A stretch of 64,000 bases of DNA, from positions 1,984,001 through 2,048,000 of the forward strand of contig CBDCXM010000009.1 in NCBI GenBank assembly GCA_965223855.1, in the 5' to 3' direction. A program made the position numbers and the translations under genes. Origin of the DNA: Candidatus Multivoradales bacterium (GTDB lineage: Bacteria > Acidobacteriota > Thermoanaerobaculia > Multivoradales > JAHEKO01). Positions 28,380 to 38,425 of the stretch are shown piece by piece. Each line of letters starts with the position of its first letter. Positions within the stretch are counted from its first letter, which is position 1. The notes beneath the pieces are model-generated. The model had not been told where the DNA came from, ran no database searches, and worked only from the letters and a program-made list of their open reading frames with translations.

Positions 28380-29572
28380 GAGAGATCTCCGCCGAGCCCG
28401 AGTTCACGATAGACCGCATGCCAGGCTTGCGCGATGGCTCGCGTGTCGAAATCGCGCGCCGCGCGAGCGCGACCCGCCTCGCCGTGCTGCTTGCGGAGAC
28501 CGGGATTGAGCAGGTACTCGGCGAGCGCACGAGACAGCGCGGGAATGTCACCGACCTCGACCAGCGTCCCGCACACACCGTCTTCGATCGCGTCGACCGT
28601 GCCCGTAGCGCGATAGCCGACGACCGGCAGACCTGCGGCGGCCGCCTCCAGCGGCACGTTGGGGAAGCCTTCGCGGTAGGAGGGTAGAGCGACGACATCC
28701 AGGGCGCCGTAGAGCCGCTCGACTTCGTCCGTGAACGGATGCCGCCGCACGTTCTCGTGGGCGTGCAGGGTCTGCTCGAGATCTGCCCCGACAGGGTCGC
28801 CGGTTTCGAAATCCCCGACGAGCAGGAGGTGGGCGTCCGGGATCTCGGCGCGGAGTAGCTCGAAGGCGGCATGGAGGTCGGCGATGCCCTTGTCGCGCGT
28901 GAGGCGGCCGATGAAGCCGATTACCGGTGCATCCCCGGGCAGGTCGAGTTCGGCGCGGACCGACCGGCGTATGCTCGGGTCTCGCGCCCTCTCGAAGGCA
29001 CCCGCGTCGACCCCGTTGGATGATCCCTTGCCGAGGACGCGAAGGGTGCGCCGGCCGGCGAGCCCAAGCTCTCGGTAGCGGTCGCGCAGGCTGGGCGAGA
29101 CACAGAAGAGCTCGGTGGCCAGGCTGGCCGTGATCTGCTCGGCCCGTTGGAGCAACCATCGCCTCAGCCCTCGTGCCGTCTCGAGCCGGAGGCCGCGAAC
29201 GAGGTAGATCACATGCCTGACTCCTGCGAGGCGCGCCGCAACCACTCCCAGCAAACCCGCCTTGGGGGTGCTGGCGTGGACGCAGTCGGGCGCCAGCCGG
29301 CGCAGTCGCCTGACGAGCCGCAGGAGCGTCACCAGATCGGCCCACGGGCGCATCTCACGGGCGATCGCGACGGCATGCACGGAGATGCCGGCCGTCGCTC
29401 CAACTCGGTCGAGGGCGGGCCCAGGGCTCGCCAGCAGATGTACCTCGTAGCCGGTCTCCCGCAGCGACTGAAGCTGTCCGCAAAGGAACCTCTCTGCGGT
29501 CATGGGGTGGGTCACGAGGTAGGCCAACCGGCTCAAGGCGGAACTCAGGGCTAAGGAGCGGAGGGGAGCCAC
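28376..29572 (-). CDS. GT4 glycosyltransferase (PglA/CapM-like)
   Basis: HASTPKAG, GSSNGVD, GRLTRDKG, PSYREGFPNVPLEA. Confidence 0.9.
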   Translation of the reverse strand: MAPLRSLALSSALSRLAYLVTHPMTAERFLCGQLQSLRETGYEVHLLASPGPALDRVGATAGISVHAVAIAREMRPWADLVTLLRLVRRLRRLAPDCVHASTPKAGLLGVVAARLAGVRHVIYLVRGLRLETARGLRRWLLQRAEQITASLATELFCVSPSLRDRYRELGLAGRRTLRVLGKGSSNGVDAGAFERARDPSIRRSVRAELDLPGDAPVIGFIGRLTRDKGIADLHAAFELLRAEIPDAHLLLVGDFETGDPVGADLEQTLHAHENVRRHPFTDEVERLYGALDVVALPSYREGFPNVPLEAAAAGLPVVGYRATGTVDAIEDGVCGTLVEVGDIPALSRALAEYLLNPGLRKQHGEAGRARAARDFDTRAIAQAWHAVYRELGLGGDLS

Positions 29573-30969
29573 GGGTCGGGCGACTGGCTCCGGAGCCTCG
29601 GTGGCGGCTCGCGGCGTGCCTCCCGGGTGGGCTTCTCCTGGCCTGGGCCGCTGGCGGCTGCCGGATCAGGCCGGAGAGCGGCCATCGCAGCTCGATAGCG
29701 CCGAGCGAAGAGCTCAGCTCCGAAGATGACGGCGGTCAGCAGCCAGAACGTGCGCTCGGTGACGTGACGATTGTAGGCGTAGCTCACGAGGAGACTCGAC
29801 AGGCCGGTGGCAAGGACGAGATAGGCGTTGCCGTAGGGCGTGCGTCGCATGGAGAGAAAGCCGAGCCACACGGAGCGAAGGAGTAGGCCCATGAAGGCGA
29901 GATAGAGGCCGAGCCCGATCATCCCCGTCTCGGCGACGAAGCGCATGGGCGTACTGTGGACCTCGTGCCCTGTCGGCGAGTAGTGAGACTTGGCGAAGCC
30001 GCCCCATCCGATGCCGATGAAGGGGTGGGTCGAGAACGCGTGTCGCACACCCTCTCGCTGGAGCTCGAGGAAGCCCTTCTCGACCGCGTCCTTTTCGGAG
30101 ACCGCAAGGGCTTCCTCGAGTCGGTCGTCGATCATTTGGACGCGCGTCTGGAAGAAGGCGAGCTGGGGGAGATAGCGCGGTCCGTAGGCGTACATGAAGT
30201 AGATCAGGGCGAAGGTGAAGACGCCGACGACGACGAGGCGCCAGCGCTTCTGCCGGGTGGCGATCAGGAAGCCGATACCGATGCCGAGGAGGCCGATGAG
30301 AAGCGAGAGGTAGACGGACCTCCGGCCGGCGACGGCGATAGCGTAGAGAGTCATGGCTACGCCGCTGTAGGCGATCAGCCGCTCCCGGAGCTTGAGCTCC
30401 GGCCACTGCGAATAGACGAGCACGATCCAGAAGGCGGTCAGCATGTAGCTCGCCATGTGCGCGCGGTTGCGGAAGGGGCCGACCTCCTGGACAGAACTCG
30501 GGCCGCTCATGCCCGCGACGATGATCCACGGGCCGACGATCAGAAGGGCAATGCCGACCCATCGAAGCAGGCTCCTGGGTGACACGCGATACTGCCGCAT
30601 GAGGTTGAAGATCACCAACAGGAAGAGCGCGAAGAAGATCTGAATCGCGATGTGGACAAGCCCCGCCCCACGCCTGTGGTCCGGGATGTTGAGTTGTGAC
30701 ACGACGGCAATGGCAAGGATGCCGAAGGCGACGCGGGTCGAGGCGTTGAAGGCGAGCGGTCGCCAGGTGCGGGACGAAAGAAGGAAGGCACCTATCAACA
30801 GAAGGCCGAGGATCTCGAAGGGCCCGATGTTGTTGCGAATCGACGGGACGAACTTCGCTTGCGTGAGGAAAGCAGTGAAGACCAGCGCACCGAGCGCGAG
30901 GCGGTAGGTCGCCGGCAGCGCTTCACGGAGGCTCGCGCCGGGTCCCGAGAGAGAGAGTTCATTCCTCAT
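29551..30969 (-). CDS. Wzy polymerase / O-antigen ligase family protein
   Basis: Multi-TM protein with HPFIGIGWGGF..EVHST..ETGMIG. Confidence 0.82.
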   Translation of the reverse strand: MRNELSLSGPGASLREALPATYRLALGALVFTAFLTQAKFVPSIRNNIGPFEILGLLLIGAFLLSSRTWRPLAFNASTRVAFGILAIAVVSQLNIPDHRRGAGLVHIAIQIFFALFLLVIFNLMRQYRVSPRSLLRWVGIALLIVGPWIIVAGMSGPSSVQEVGPFRNRAHMASYMLTAFWIVLVYSQWPELKLRERLIAYSGVAMTLYAIAVAGRRSVYLSLLIGLLGIGIGFLIATRQKRWRLVVVGVFTFALIYFMYAYGPRYLPQLAFFQTRVQMIDDRLEEALAVSEKDAVEKGFLELQREGVRHAFSTHPFIGIGWGGFAKSHYSPTGHEVHSTPMRFVAETGMIGLGLYLAFMGLLLRSVWLGFLSMRRTPYGNAYLVLATGLSSLLVSYAYNRHVTERTFWLLTAVIFGAELFARRYRAAMAALRPDPAAASGPGQEKPTREARREPPPRLRSQSPDPWLPSAP

Positions 30970-32098
30970 CGAGCAGGCCGATCATAAGCTCTACGACGGT
31001 TCGGGTCGCGCGACCGGCGTGGGCGACATGGCGGTCGACGTACTGGCGAGCTCGATCCTGGCGGGCCGGGTCGGGGCGAGCGAGCGTGAGGAGTTCGAGC
31101 GGGAGACTCGGCCCGGGGACGATACCGAGGGCGGCTCCGGAGCTCACGTAGTCGTGGACGAAGCCGTGGCCTGGGGTCGCGAGCACCGCGAGGGGTTTGT
31201 GCCGCCGGAGCGCTTCGAGTCCCACCGTCGAACTCATGATGACGACGACGTCGGCCGCGTCGAGGGCTCGGTCGAGAGGCTCCTCGTCTGCGAAACGAAG
31301 CTTCGAGCCGAGAGCCGAGGTATAGAGGTCGCGCCCTTCACCGGGGTGAGGGCGGAGCGCCAGGCGGATCGAGCCGTCCGCAATCGCTGCTTCGAGCGGG
31401 GCGACGAAGGAGCGGGCGAGAGCGAGCTTCTCGGCCCGCGAACAGAAGCCTTGCGCGTCGATCGGGTTGGTGACGAGGAGGACATCCAGGGGCTCTCCTT
31501 CCCGCCACGGAGTCGGCTCCGGAACCGAGACGTCACCGTCGAATCGGGGGCTGCCGGTGACGTAGATTCGATCGCGCGGAATTCCGATCGATCGAAAGTG
31601 GTCCGCGCTGGCCTCGCCCCACACGGCCAGAGCCCGCGCACCGCCGAGGCCGTAGCTCGAGTCGGCGAGGGGGAGGGTGAAGCGCGCCCCTTCCTGGGCG
31701 AGTACGAAGTCGATTCCGCGCCGGCGGAGCCACGCTGCGAGCCGGTCATAGGGAAAGGCGTCGTCGTTTGGCAGCACGGCGAGCCGCGCCGACTCCGGAA
31801 CGGACCGGCCGAGGCGGGGCTCGATTAGGGCACGCCAGGCGAAGGTGTACAGCGCGCCGCGACCGGCGCCGGGAGTAGCTCCACCGGCAGTACGCCGGCG
31901 CGCGAGCCACCGCGGCCAGAGGCGCTCGACCTCGGCGCCGGCGCGGAGGAGGAGTTCATGAGGTGTGTCGAATCCGCGAAGCTCGCAGAGCGAGCGCACG
32001 CGGCTTGTCACCCCCCGGTCTCTCAGGCCGGCGACGACCGGTGCGAACATCGCGAGGTGATGTGCGGGATTGGAGAGGAAGAAGTCGACGTCAGCCAC
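30959..32098 (-). CDS. Orphan GT-B-fold protein, candidate ulosonate transferase
   Basis: QEG, AVWGE, VTGSPRFD, LRPHP, SSTVGLEA..KP. The GTG start overlaps the end of the upstream gene. Confidence 0.6.
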   Translation of the reverse strand: MADVDFFLSNPAHHLAMFAPVVAGLRDRGVTSRVRSLCELRGFDTPHELLLRAGAEVERLWPRWLARRRTAGGATPGAGRGALYTFAWRALIEPRLGRSVPESARLAVLPNDDAFPYDRLAAWLRRRGIDFVLAQEGARFTLPLADSSYGLGGARALAVWGEASADHFRSIGIPRDRIYVTGSPRFDGDVSVPEPTPWREGEPLDVLLVTNPIDAQGFCSRAEKLALARSFVAPLEAAIADGSIRLALRPHPGEGRDLYTSALGSKLRFADEEPLDRALDAADVVVIMSSTVGLEALRRHKPLAVLATPGHGFVHDYVSSGAALGIVPGPSLPLELLTLARPDPARQDRARQYVDRHVAHAGRATRTVVELMIGLLDEE

Positions 32099-33143
32099 GA
32101 GCCGCCGCCTCGATGGCGCTTCCGACCCGCTGCGACATCCTGACGACGTAGTCGATCTCCTCGAGTGAGGTCGGGTTGTCACCCTGGCCTTGGAGATGGC
32201 GGGCGAAACCTTCGATGATCCGTGCGTGAGGAGAGAGTCCGCGAGCGCGGTCTGTCAGGTAGGCCAGTCGGTCGGGGAGCCACTGCAGGATCCGGGCGCA
32301 GGTGTCGCGCGGCACCGTCGTCCAGGGGCGCTTCCACCTGGCGTCGAGTCCGCGCAAGAGCGTCGCTCCATCGCCCAGAACATCGACCTCGATCACTCCT
32401 TCTTCACCCACCAGGGTCAGCTGGCGCCGGTTGACGGTGCAGTGGGCGGAGTAGTGGATGGTGGCGATGGCTCCGGCGCCGCTCAAGGAGATGGCGACCT
32501 CGTCGATCTGCGCTCCCGAGGGGGCGCGAGGCGTTGCCTGAGCCGTGACGCTGCTCAACTCGAGGGGGCCGATGAAGGCATGGGTCAGATAGAGAGCGTG
32601 GGGAAGGGTTTCGAACCAGCGCCCTCCGGGAAGGCCGTGGGACCAGTGACCGTCGGCCACGAGCATGCGATCGGTCGTCGGGTGGGTGAGGAACTCCCTG
32701 TGCAGCCGCAACGGGCGACCGATGCGCCCCTCTCGAACCCACCCCAGTGCCTTCTGGATGCTGCGCTGAAACTTGATGTTGTGAACCACGCAGATCCGGC
32801 CGAGCGAGTTGCCGAGCTCCGCACGCAGGCTGCGCCAATCGTCGAGGTTGGTAACAACCGGCTTCTCGATCAGCAGGTGCCGGCCCGCCGCGATGACTGC
32901 GTGGGCGATCTCAGCGTGACTTTGAGGCGGGGTGCAGACGTCGACGATGTCGGCATCTGCGATCACAGCGTCGACGTTATCGGCGATCGCGACACCGCGG
33001 TCGCCACCCGCTCGCTGCGCCGCGGCCTCGCGATCGCGATCGTGGATCGCGACGAGGCGGCATCCCCGGGCCCGCTTCCATCCGGCAATGTGGGAAGCGG
33101 AGATGTGTCCGGCGCCGACGAGGCCGACGCGAAGAGAACTCAT
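32091..33143 (-). CDS. Gfo/Idh/MocA oxidoreductase
   Basis: VGLVGAGHI, VCTPPQSH, LIEKP. Confidence 0.88.
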   Translation of the reverse strand: MSSLRVGLVGAGHISASHIAGWKRARGCRLVAIHDRDREAAAQRAGGDRGVAIADNVDAVIADADIVDVCTPPQSHAEIAHAVIAAGRHLLIEKPVVTNLDDWRSLRAELGNSLGRICVVHNIKFQRSIQKALGWVREGRIGRPLRLHREFLTHPTTDRMLVADGHWSHGLPGGRWFETLPHALYLTHAFIGPLELSSVTAQATPRAPSGAQIDEVAISLSGAGAIATIHYSAHCTVNRRQLTLVGEEGVIEVDVLGDGATLLRGLDARWKRPWTTVPRDTCARILQWLPDRLAYLTDRARGLSPHARIIEGFARHLQGQGDNPTSLEEIDYVVRMSQRVGSAIEAAARG

Positions 33144-34270
33144 GAGGTCCCGGTCTCCATCGGGTCGAGCGCGTTGACGTAGTTCGGAAGGATGGCGTCG
33201 AGGTGAAAGCGCCGGGCGCTGCTGCGGGCCGCCTCGCCGAGACGGCGCCGGAGGTCGGCGTCGGAGACTACCCTCGTCATCGCGTCGACGAGAGCAGCAG
33301 GGTCATCGTGGGGGACGAGAATACCGTCCTTGCCCTGGGTGAGGATCTCTCGGGGTCCGAACGGGCAGTCGGCGGCCACGACTGCCGTGCCGCATGCCAT
33401 TGCCTGAATGAGAATGCCTGGCAGGCCTTCGAAGCGCGAGCTCAAGACGAACGCAGTGGCGCGATGGAGGTAAGGATAGGGATTGGGGCGAAAACCGGCC
33501 AGTCTGACGTCTGGTGCAATGCCGAGTTCGGCGGCCTGCCGCTCGAGCTCGACGCGCAACGGACCCTCTCCGAGAATGAGGAGGCGGCAGGCCTGACTTT
33601 GCCGCAAACTGGCGAAGGCCAGAAGCAGCCGGTCGAAGCCCTTGGCATGGACGAGCCGGCCGCCGGCGACCAGGACGGGATCGGGCCCATCGAACCAGGG
33701 TTCCTCGACGGGCGCCAGTGCGTCGAGCTCCAGCTCGGGCGTGACGATTGGGTTGTACACGACCCGGACGTGATCAGGCGGCAGGCCCAGCCGTCGGCCA
33801 AGATCCTGACCCACGCCGGCAGAGACTGCCGTGACGCAGTCCGCCCTGCGATAGAGCCAGCGCTTGGCGGCCAGGAGGATCCACCGCTTGTAGAAGGGCT
33901 GGTCGCGCACGAGACCGTTGCGCTCGGACAGCACAATGCGAGGTCTTCCCGAGTGAGCGCGCCCGGCGGCGAGGGCGAGAGTGAGGTTCGTTCCGCTCGA
34001 CGTGGACAAGGCGATGTCGGGTCGGCGCTTCCTCAGGAGACGCGCCAGAGGGAGCACTCCGGCCAGGAGATTGACCGCCTCGAGATCGACCACCTCGACG
34101 TCCCCGGGAAGCTCGGGCATTAGTTGCCCGCCGCTCGCGAGGAGGACCAAGGTAGGGGAGAAACGGGAGCGATCGAGGTGACGCAGGAGCGTCACGGTCA
34201 CACGGTCGGCCCCACCGACGGATAGCGAAGGACGAACGACGAAGAGCGAGCGCGGTGCGACGGCGCTCAC
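33140..34270 (-). CDS. GT4 glycosyltransferase
   Basis: GGADRV, YNPI, GRLVHAKGF, SSRFEGLP..QAMACG..DCPFGPREI. Confidence 0.9.
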   Translation of the reverse strand: MSAVAPRSLFVVRPSLSVGGADRVTVTLLRHLDRSRFSPTLVLLASGGQLMPELPGDVEVVDLEAVNLLAGVLPLARLLRKRRPDIALSTSSGTNLTLALAAGRAHSGRPRIVLSERNGLVRDQPFYKRWILLAAKRWLYRRADCVTAVSAGVGQDLGRRLGLPPDHVRVVYNPIVTPELELDALAPVEEPWFDGPDPVLVAGGRLVHAKGFDRLLLAFASLRQSQACRLLILGEGPLRVELERQAAELGIAPDVRLAGFRPNPYPYLHRATAFVLSSRFEGLPGILIQAMACGTAVVAADCPFGPREILTQGKDGILVPHDDPAALVDAMTRVVSDADLRRRLGEAARSSARRFHLDAILPNYVNALDPMETGTS

Positions 34271-35415
34271 GAAGAGCCCGATCGCGTTTCGAAGCCGAGT
34301 TCGCGAAGGATGCGCCGCGCTCGAAGATCCCAGGTGTAGCTCTCGGCGACGAGTTGCCGCGCCGCGGCTCCCAGTCGTGCTGCGAGATCGGTCTCCGCGA
34401 GGAGTCGACGGACGCTTGCGATCCACTCCGCGAGCTGTTCCGGCTCGGCCAGGAGGGCCGTCTTCTCGTGGTCGAGAACCTCCCGCAGCGCGGGAAGGTC
34501 GGCGGCCACGATGGCCCGGCCTGCCGCCATCGCCTCGAACATCTTGAGGGGCGACATCCAGGGCGCCAGATCGCTTCTCCCCGTGGCTCCGGCGACCCTG
34601 CGACCGTAAGGGAGCAGCACGACATCGAGTTCGGCGTAGTAACGCCGCACCTCAGCCGGACTGACGAAGCCGTGGAGGGTCAGGTTCTCGGGGAGGGCCG
34701 CGCGTGCCAGGCGGGCGAGCTTCGAGGGGTCTCCACCGACGACGTGGAACGAGGCCTCGGGCAAGTTGGCGGCGAGTGCGACGAGGAGCTCGAGGCCCTT
34801 TCCGGGATAGAGCTGACCGACGTAGCCGACGCGCGGCCGCGGGGCTGCTTTCAACGACCTGGGCGGCGGTCCGCCAGGCGGGTCGAGGCTCGCCGCATCC
34901 GGGGCCACGACGACCGGCAGGCTCGAGGGGAGCCCTCCGCACCGACGGTAGGCATGGGCAAGCGACTCGGTGATAGTGACTAGGCCACGACAGGAAGGGG
35001 CCGACAGGAAACGCTTCTGTCTTCGACCGAGCGTTCCCGAGCCCGGTGGCTGGTGCGCTTCGAACGCAAACGGGACCTCGGCCCGGGCTGCCGAGGCCGC
35101 ACCGTCAGCATCGCGGCAGTAGAAGAGATCAGTCTCGTCCCGATGAGCGCGCACGTGCCGGTTCAGGCAATAGCGGTAGAGCAGGCCGCCGCCCCTGACG
35201 GCCGGTCGCGAAAGCGGAGTCCAGGTGAGTTCTGCCGCGACGCCGTAGAAGGCGAAGATATCGTCGATCCCCGGTTCTTGACGCGGTGGGCACAGCTTGG
35301 TGACGAGGGTGACGTCATGGCTCTGCCTGGCCCAGGCGGCGCAGGTGTTGATGACCTGAATCGAGCTCGCCCGGCGGGAGGGGACATACGATTGTGAGAG
35401 GTAGTGAAGTCTCAT
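34267..35415 (-). CDS. GT4 glycosyltransferase
   Basis: ASSIQV, YVGQLYPGKG, MSPLKMFEAMAAG. Confidence 0.9.
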   Translation of the reverse strand: MRLHYLSQSYVPSRRASSIQVINTCAAWARQSHDVTLVTKLCPPRQEPGIDDIFAFYGVAAELTWTPLSRPAVRGGGLLYRYCLNRHVRAHRDETDLFYCRDADGAASAARAEVPFAFEAHQPPGSGTLGRRQKRFLSAPSCRGLVTITESLAHAYRRCGGLPSSLPVVVAPDAASLDPPGGPPPRSLKAAPRPRVGYVGQLYPGKGLELLVALAANLPEASFHVVGGDPSKLARLARAALPENLTLHGFVSPAEVRRYYAELDVVLLPYGRRVAGATGRSDLAPWMSPLKMFEAMAAGRAIVAADLPALREVLDHEKTALLAEPEQLAEWIASVRRLLAETDLAARLGAAARQLVAESYTWDLRARRILRELGFETRSGSS

Positions 35416-35465
35416 GGCGCCACGAGCAGGGAGCGAGCAGCCGGGATGTGGTGGAGCGACGTCTC

Positions 35466-36584
35466 TCAGCGATTGCTGGCGATCTCCCGCCGAAGCACTT
35501 CGACGATGCGCTCAGCAGCTCTTCCGTCCCACAACGGCGGCATGCGTCCGGTTTCTCGATCGAGCGGGCGCGCCAGCTCGCGTTCGACGAGATGGAGAAT
35601 CCGTCGCGGATCGGTGCCGGCGAGGACGTTTGTGCCAAGCTCGACGGTGATCGGACGTTCCGTGTTGTCCCTGAGCGTCAGGCAGGGCACTCGCAGCGCC
35701 GTAGTTTCCTCCTGAATGCCGCCTGAGTCGGTCAGCACCAGGCGCGCACCGTCCAGTGCGGCCAGGAACTCGAGGTAGCCGAGCGGCTCGGTCAGGACAA
35801 ACCCGGATTCGGAGGTGAGGACCTCGGCCGCGGAGCCCAGGTGCCGGCGCGTCCTGGGGTGTACCGGAAAGAGGATCGGCAGAGTCGTCGAGATCCGGGC
35901 CAGAACCTCCAAGAGTGCTAGAAGGTTCTCCTCTTCATCGACATTGGAGGGTCGATGGAGCGTAAGTACGGCGTATTCTCCCACCTCGAGGCCGTGCCGC
36001 TCGAGAACGGCAGGCTGCAGCCGCTTCGCCTCCTGGAGGCTGTCGATCAGGCTGTCGATCATGGTGTTGCCGACGAGGTGGACTCGATCGGGCGAGGCAC
36101 CCTCACGTTCGAGGTGCTCGACGCCGCTCGCTTCGGTGACGAAGAGCAGATCGGCGATTGCGTCAGTGACGATGCGGTTGATCTCCTCCGGCATCGTGCG
36201 ATCGAAGGAGCGCAGGCCGGCCTCTACGTGCGCGACGGTGAGGCCCAGCTTGGCGGCGGTGAGGGTGGCGGCGACCGTCGAGTTGACGTCACCGAAGACG
36301 ACCACGACCTGCGGTCGATGCTCGGCGAGGATTGGCTCGATTCGCTCCATGACCTGCGCCGTCTGGACGGCATGGGTCCCGGAGCCGACGTCGAGCATGA
36401 GATCGGCGGCGGGCAGCTCGAGATCACGGAAGAAGAGGTCGGAGAGGGCGGCGTCGTAGTGCTGTCCCGTATGGATGATCTGGAGCCGGAGGTCGCCGGT
36501 GGCGGCAGCCGCCTTGACCAGGGGCGCCGCCTTGACGAAGTTCGGTCGTGCTCCGACAACGAACGAAAGGAGAGGCGCCGTCAT
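35466..36584 (-). CDS. wecB: UDP-GlcNAc 2-epimerase (non-hydrolysing type)
   Basis: VGARPNFVK, HTGQHYD, HVEAGLRS, TLHRPSNVD, TDSGGIQEE, TERP. Confidence 0.92.
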   Translation of the reverse strand: MTAPLLSFVVGARPNFVKAAPLVKAAAATGDLRLQIIHTGQHYDAALSDLFFRDLELPAADLMLDVGSGTHAVQTAQVMERIEPILAEHRPQVVVVFGDVNSTVAATLTAAKLGLTVAHVEAGLRSFDRTMPEEINRIVTDAIADLLFVTEASGVEHLEREGASPDRVHLVGNTMIDSLIDSLQEAKRLQPAVLERHGLEVGEYAVLTLHRPSNVDEEENLLALLEVLARISTTLPILFPVHPRTRRHLGSAAEVLTSESGFVLTEPLGYLEFLAALDGARLVLTDSGGIQEETTALRVPCLTLRDNTERPITVELGTNVLAGTDPRRILHLVERELARPLDRETGRMPPLWDGRAAERIVEVLRREIASNR

Positions 36585-37315
36585 GACTCACGCCTGGCGG
36601 GGGTGGCAACGGCGATGAGATTCTTGCCCCGCACGATCTCCGCCTTGAGATGGAGAGTGTGGCGATAAAGGAGCTGGAACGCGCGCCAGGCCAGGCCGTC
36701 GAAGACCCAGCGAGCGAGGCGCCGGCGGTGGAGCGCGTACTCGCCGTGAACCGAGAGGACTTTGAAGCCGCTGAGACGCAGCACCTGAGCCAGGCTTTCC
36801 TGCGAGAAGCCGAGCTCGTGGGTGAAGTCGACGTAGCGGGTTCGCACGTTGAGCGGGTTGCTCAGGTTGGGCACACGCAACAGAAGGCGGCCCTCGGGGG
36901 CGAGTCGGCGAGCGATCGCTCCGAGGGTGGCGAGGGCCCTGGCCTTGTCGAGGTGTTCCAGCACGTCGCTCAGGACGACGGCGCCGAAGAACTCGCGGCT
37001 TCGCTCGAGGTAACTCAGGCCGTCGGCCACCTCGACGTCCTCGAGGCCCCTCGCGCGGCAGAAGGCGATCTGGTCCTCGGAGATGTCGATGCCGCGGTAG
37101 GCGTAGCCCATCGATTCCAGGCAGGTCAGAAACGCCCCGACGCCGCAACCGATTTCGAGGATCGGCAACGATCGGTCCTCGGGTAGGTAGGGGCCGAAGT
37201 GGCGTTCGTACATTCGCGCGGAGCGGGCGAGCCCCTCCTCGCTGAGATCGTTGCGCGCCGCGTAGGTGTCGGCGTTGTAGGTCGCGTAGACGTTGTCGGG
37301 GTAGCTGTCGGTCAC
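36581..37315 (-). CDS. Class I SAM-dependent methyltransferase
   Basis: LEIGCGVG, DVLEHL, RVPN, DFTH. Confidence 0.88.
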   Translation of the reverse strand: MTDSYPDNVYATYNADTYAARNDLSEEGLARSARMYERHFGPYLPEDRSLPILEIGCGVGAFLTCLESMGYAYRGIDISEDQIAFCRARGLEDVEVADGLSYLERSREFFGAVVLSDVLEHLDKARALATLGAIARRLAPEGRLLLRVPNLSNPLNVRTRYVDFTHELGFSQESLAQVLRLSGFKVLSVHGEYALHRRRLARWVFDGLAWRAFQLLYRHTLHLKAEIVRGKNLIAVATPARRES

Positions 37316-38394
37316 GGGGAGGTTCTGCGCTCGGCGTCGAGGAGTTCTCTGAAGTAGCCGAGGATATCGCCTGCGATGACGCGCCAGTCGAGTTCGTTGC
37401 ACGCCTTCGCTCGGGCGCCCCGGCCGAGCATCGCGCGCACGGCGGGATCACGCAAGGCGCCGAGGGCTCGAGCCAGTGCATCGACACGCCCCGGCGGCAC
37501 GACCCACCCGGACTTCATGTGCTCGACGACAGAGCCCTGGTCACCGACATCGGTCACTACGAGCGCCTTGCCGAGGGCCATGTACTCCGGGAGCTTGGAG
37601 GGGAAGCCGGCCCGAGCCGTTGCCGAGTCCGGGCGTGGAATGAGGAGGACGTTGGCCTCTTCGAGGGCTCGGGGCACCTCGTCGTAGGGGAGGGGCCCGG
37701 TCAACGTCAGGCGATCGCCGAGAAGTTCGCGGGCCTGGTGGTCTACGCCCGTTTCGCCGGCGTCTCCCACGAGGATCGCCCGCGGCCGGGGCTCGAGTCG
37801 CTCGATCGCCTCCAGCAGCTGCGGCAGGCCCTGGTAGGAGCGGAAGTTGCCGGCGTAGCCGAGGACGAGTTCGTCGCCTGGGGCGCCCGGGCTCTCCACG
37901 AAGAGCTCGGGGTCGACGCCTCCCCATACGACCTGCGAGCGTACGCCGCGCCGTTCCGCGCGGGTGGCAAGCTGTCGGCTGACCGTCGTACAGGCGTCGA
38001 TTCGGTTCAGGTACCGCTGCTCGATCCACCAGAGCCGAGCCGCGCTACGAAGCCTGCGCGACCAGGGGCGCTCTCGCTCTTCGAGCTTCTCGGCGATTGA
38101 GTTGCCGTGGAGATCCGCGACTGCCAGGCAACCGGTAACGGAGGCGAGGACGGGAAGCGCCTTGTGGGTGTGGCCGTAGAGGACGTCGGGGTTGAAGTCC
38201 CTCACGAGGTCGCCGAGATCACCGTCGATGAGCGGCACATGACGCACGCCGGGAAGGTCGAGCACCGGATCTCGACTGACGGTCGCGACCGCTACGCCAT
38301 CGTGGCCTGCAAGCGCCAGAGCCATGTTGCGGGCTCGCGAGGGCGTGCCGCGACTCTCTCCGAGGCGGCCGCCGTAGTAGACCGAGATCCTCAT
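37312..38394 (-). CDS. GT4 glycosyltransferase
   Basis: YAGNFRSYQG, FPSKLPEYMALGK..TDVGD. Confidence 0.88.
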   Translation of the reverse strand: MRISVYYGGRLGESRGTPSRARNMALALAGHDGVAVATVSRDPVLDLPGVRHVPLIDGDLGDLVRDFNPDVLYGHTHKALPVLASVTGCLAVADLHGNSIAEKLEERERPWSRRLRSAARLWWIEQRYLNRIDACTTVSRQLATRAERRGVRSQVVWGGVDPELFVESPGAPGDELVLGYAGNFRSYQGLPQLLEAIERLEPRPRAILVGDAGETGVDHQARELLGDRLTLTGPLPYDEVPRALEEANVLLIPRPDSATARAGFPSKLPEYMALGKALVVTDVGDQGSVVEHMKSGWVVPPGRVDALARALGALRDPAVRAMLGRGARAKACNELDWRVIAGDILGYFRELLDAERRTSP

Positions 38395-38425
38395 CGGCTC
38401 GCGCGGCAGCCTCTGGCGAGGAGCG

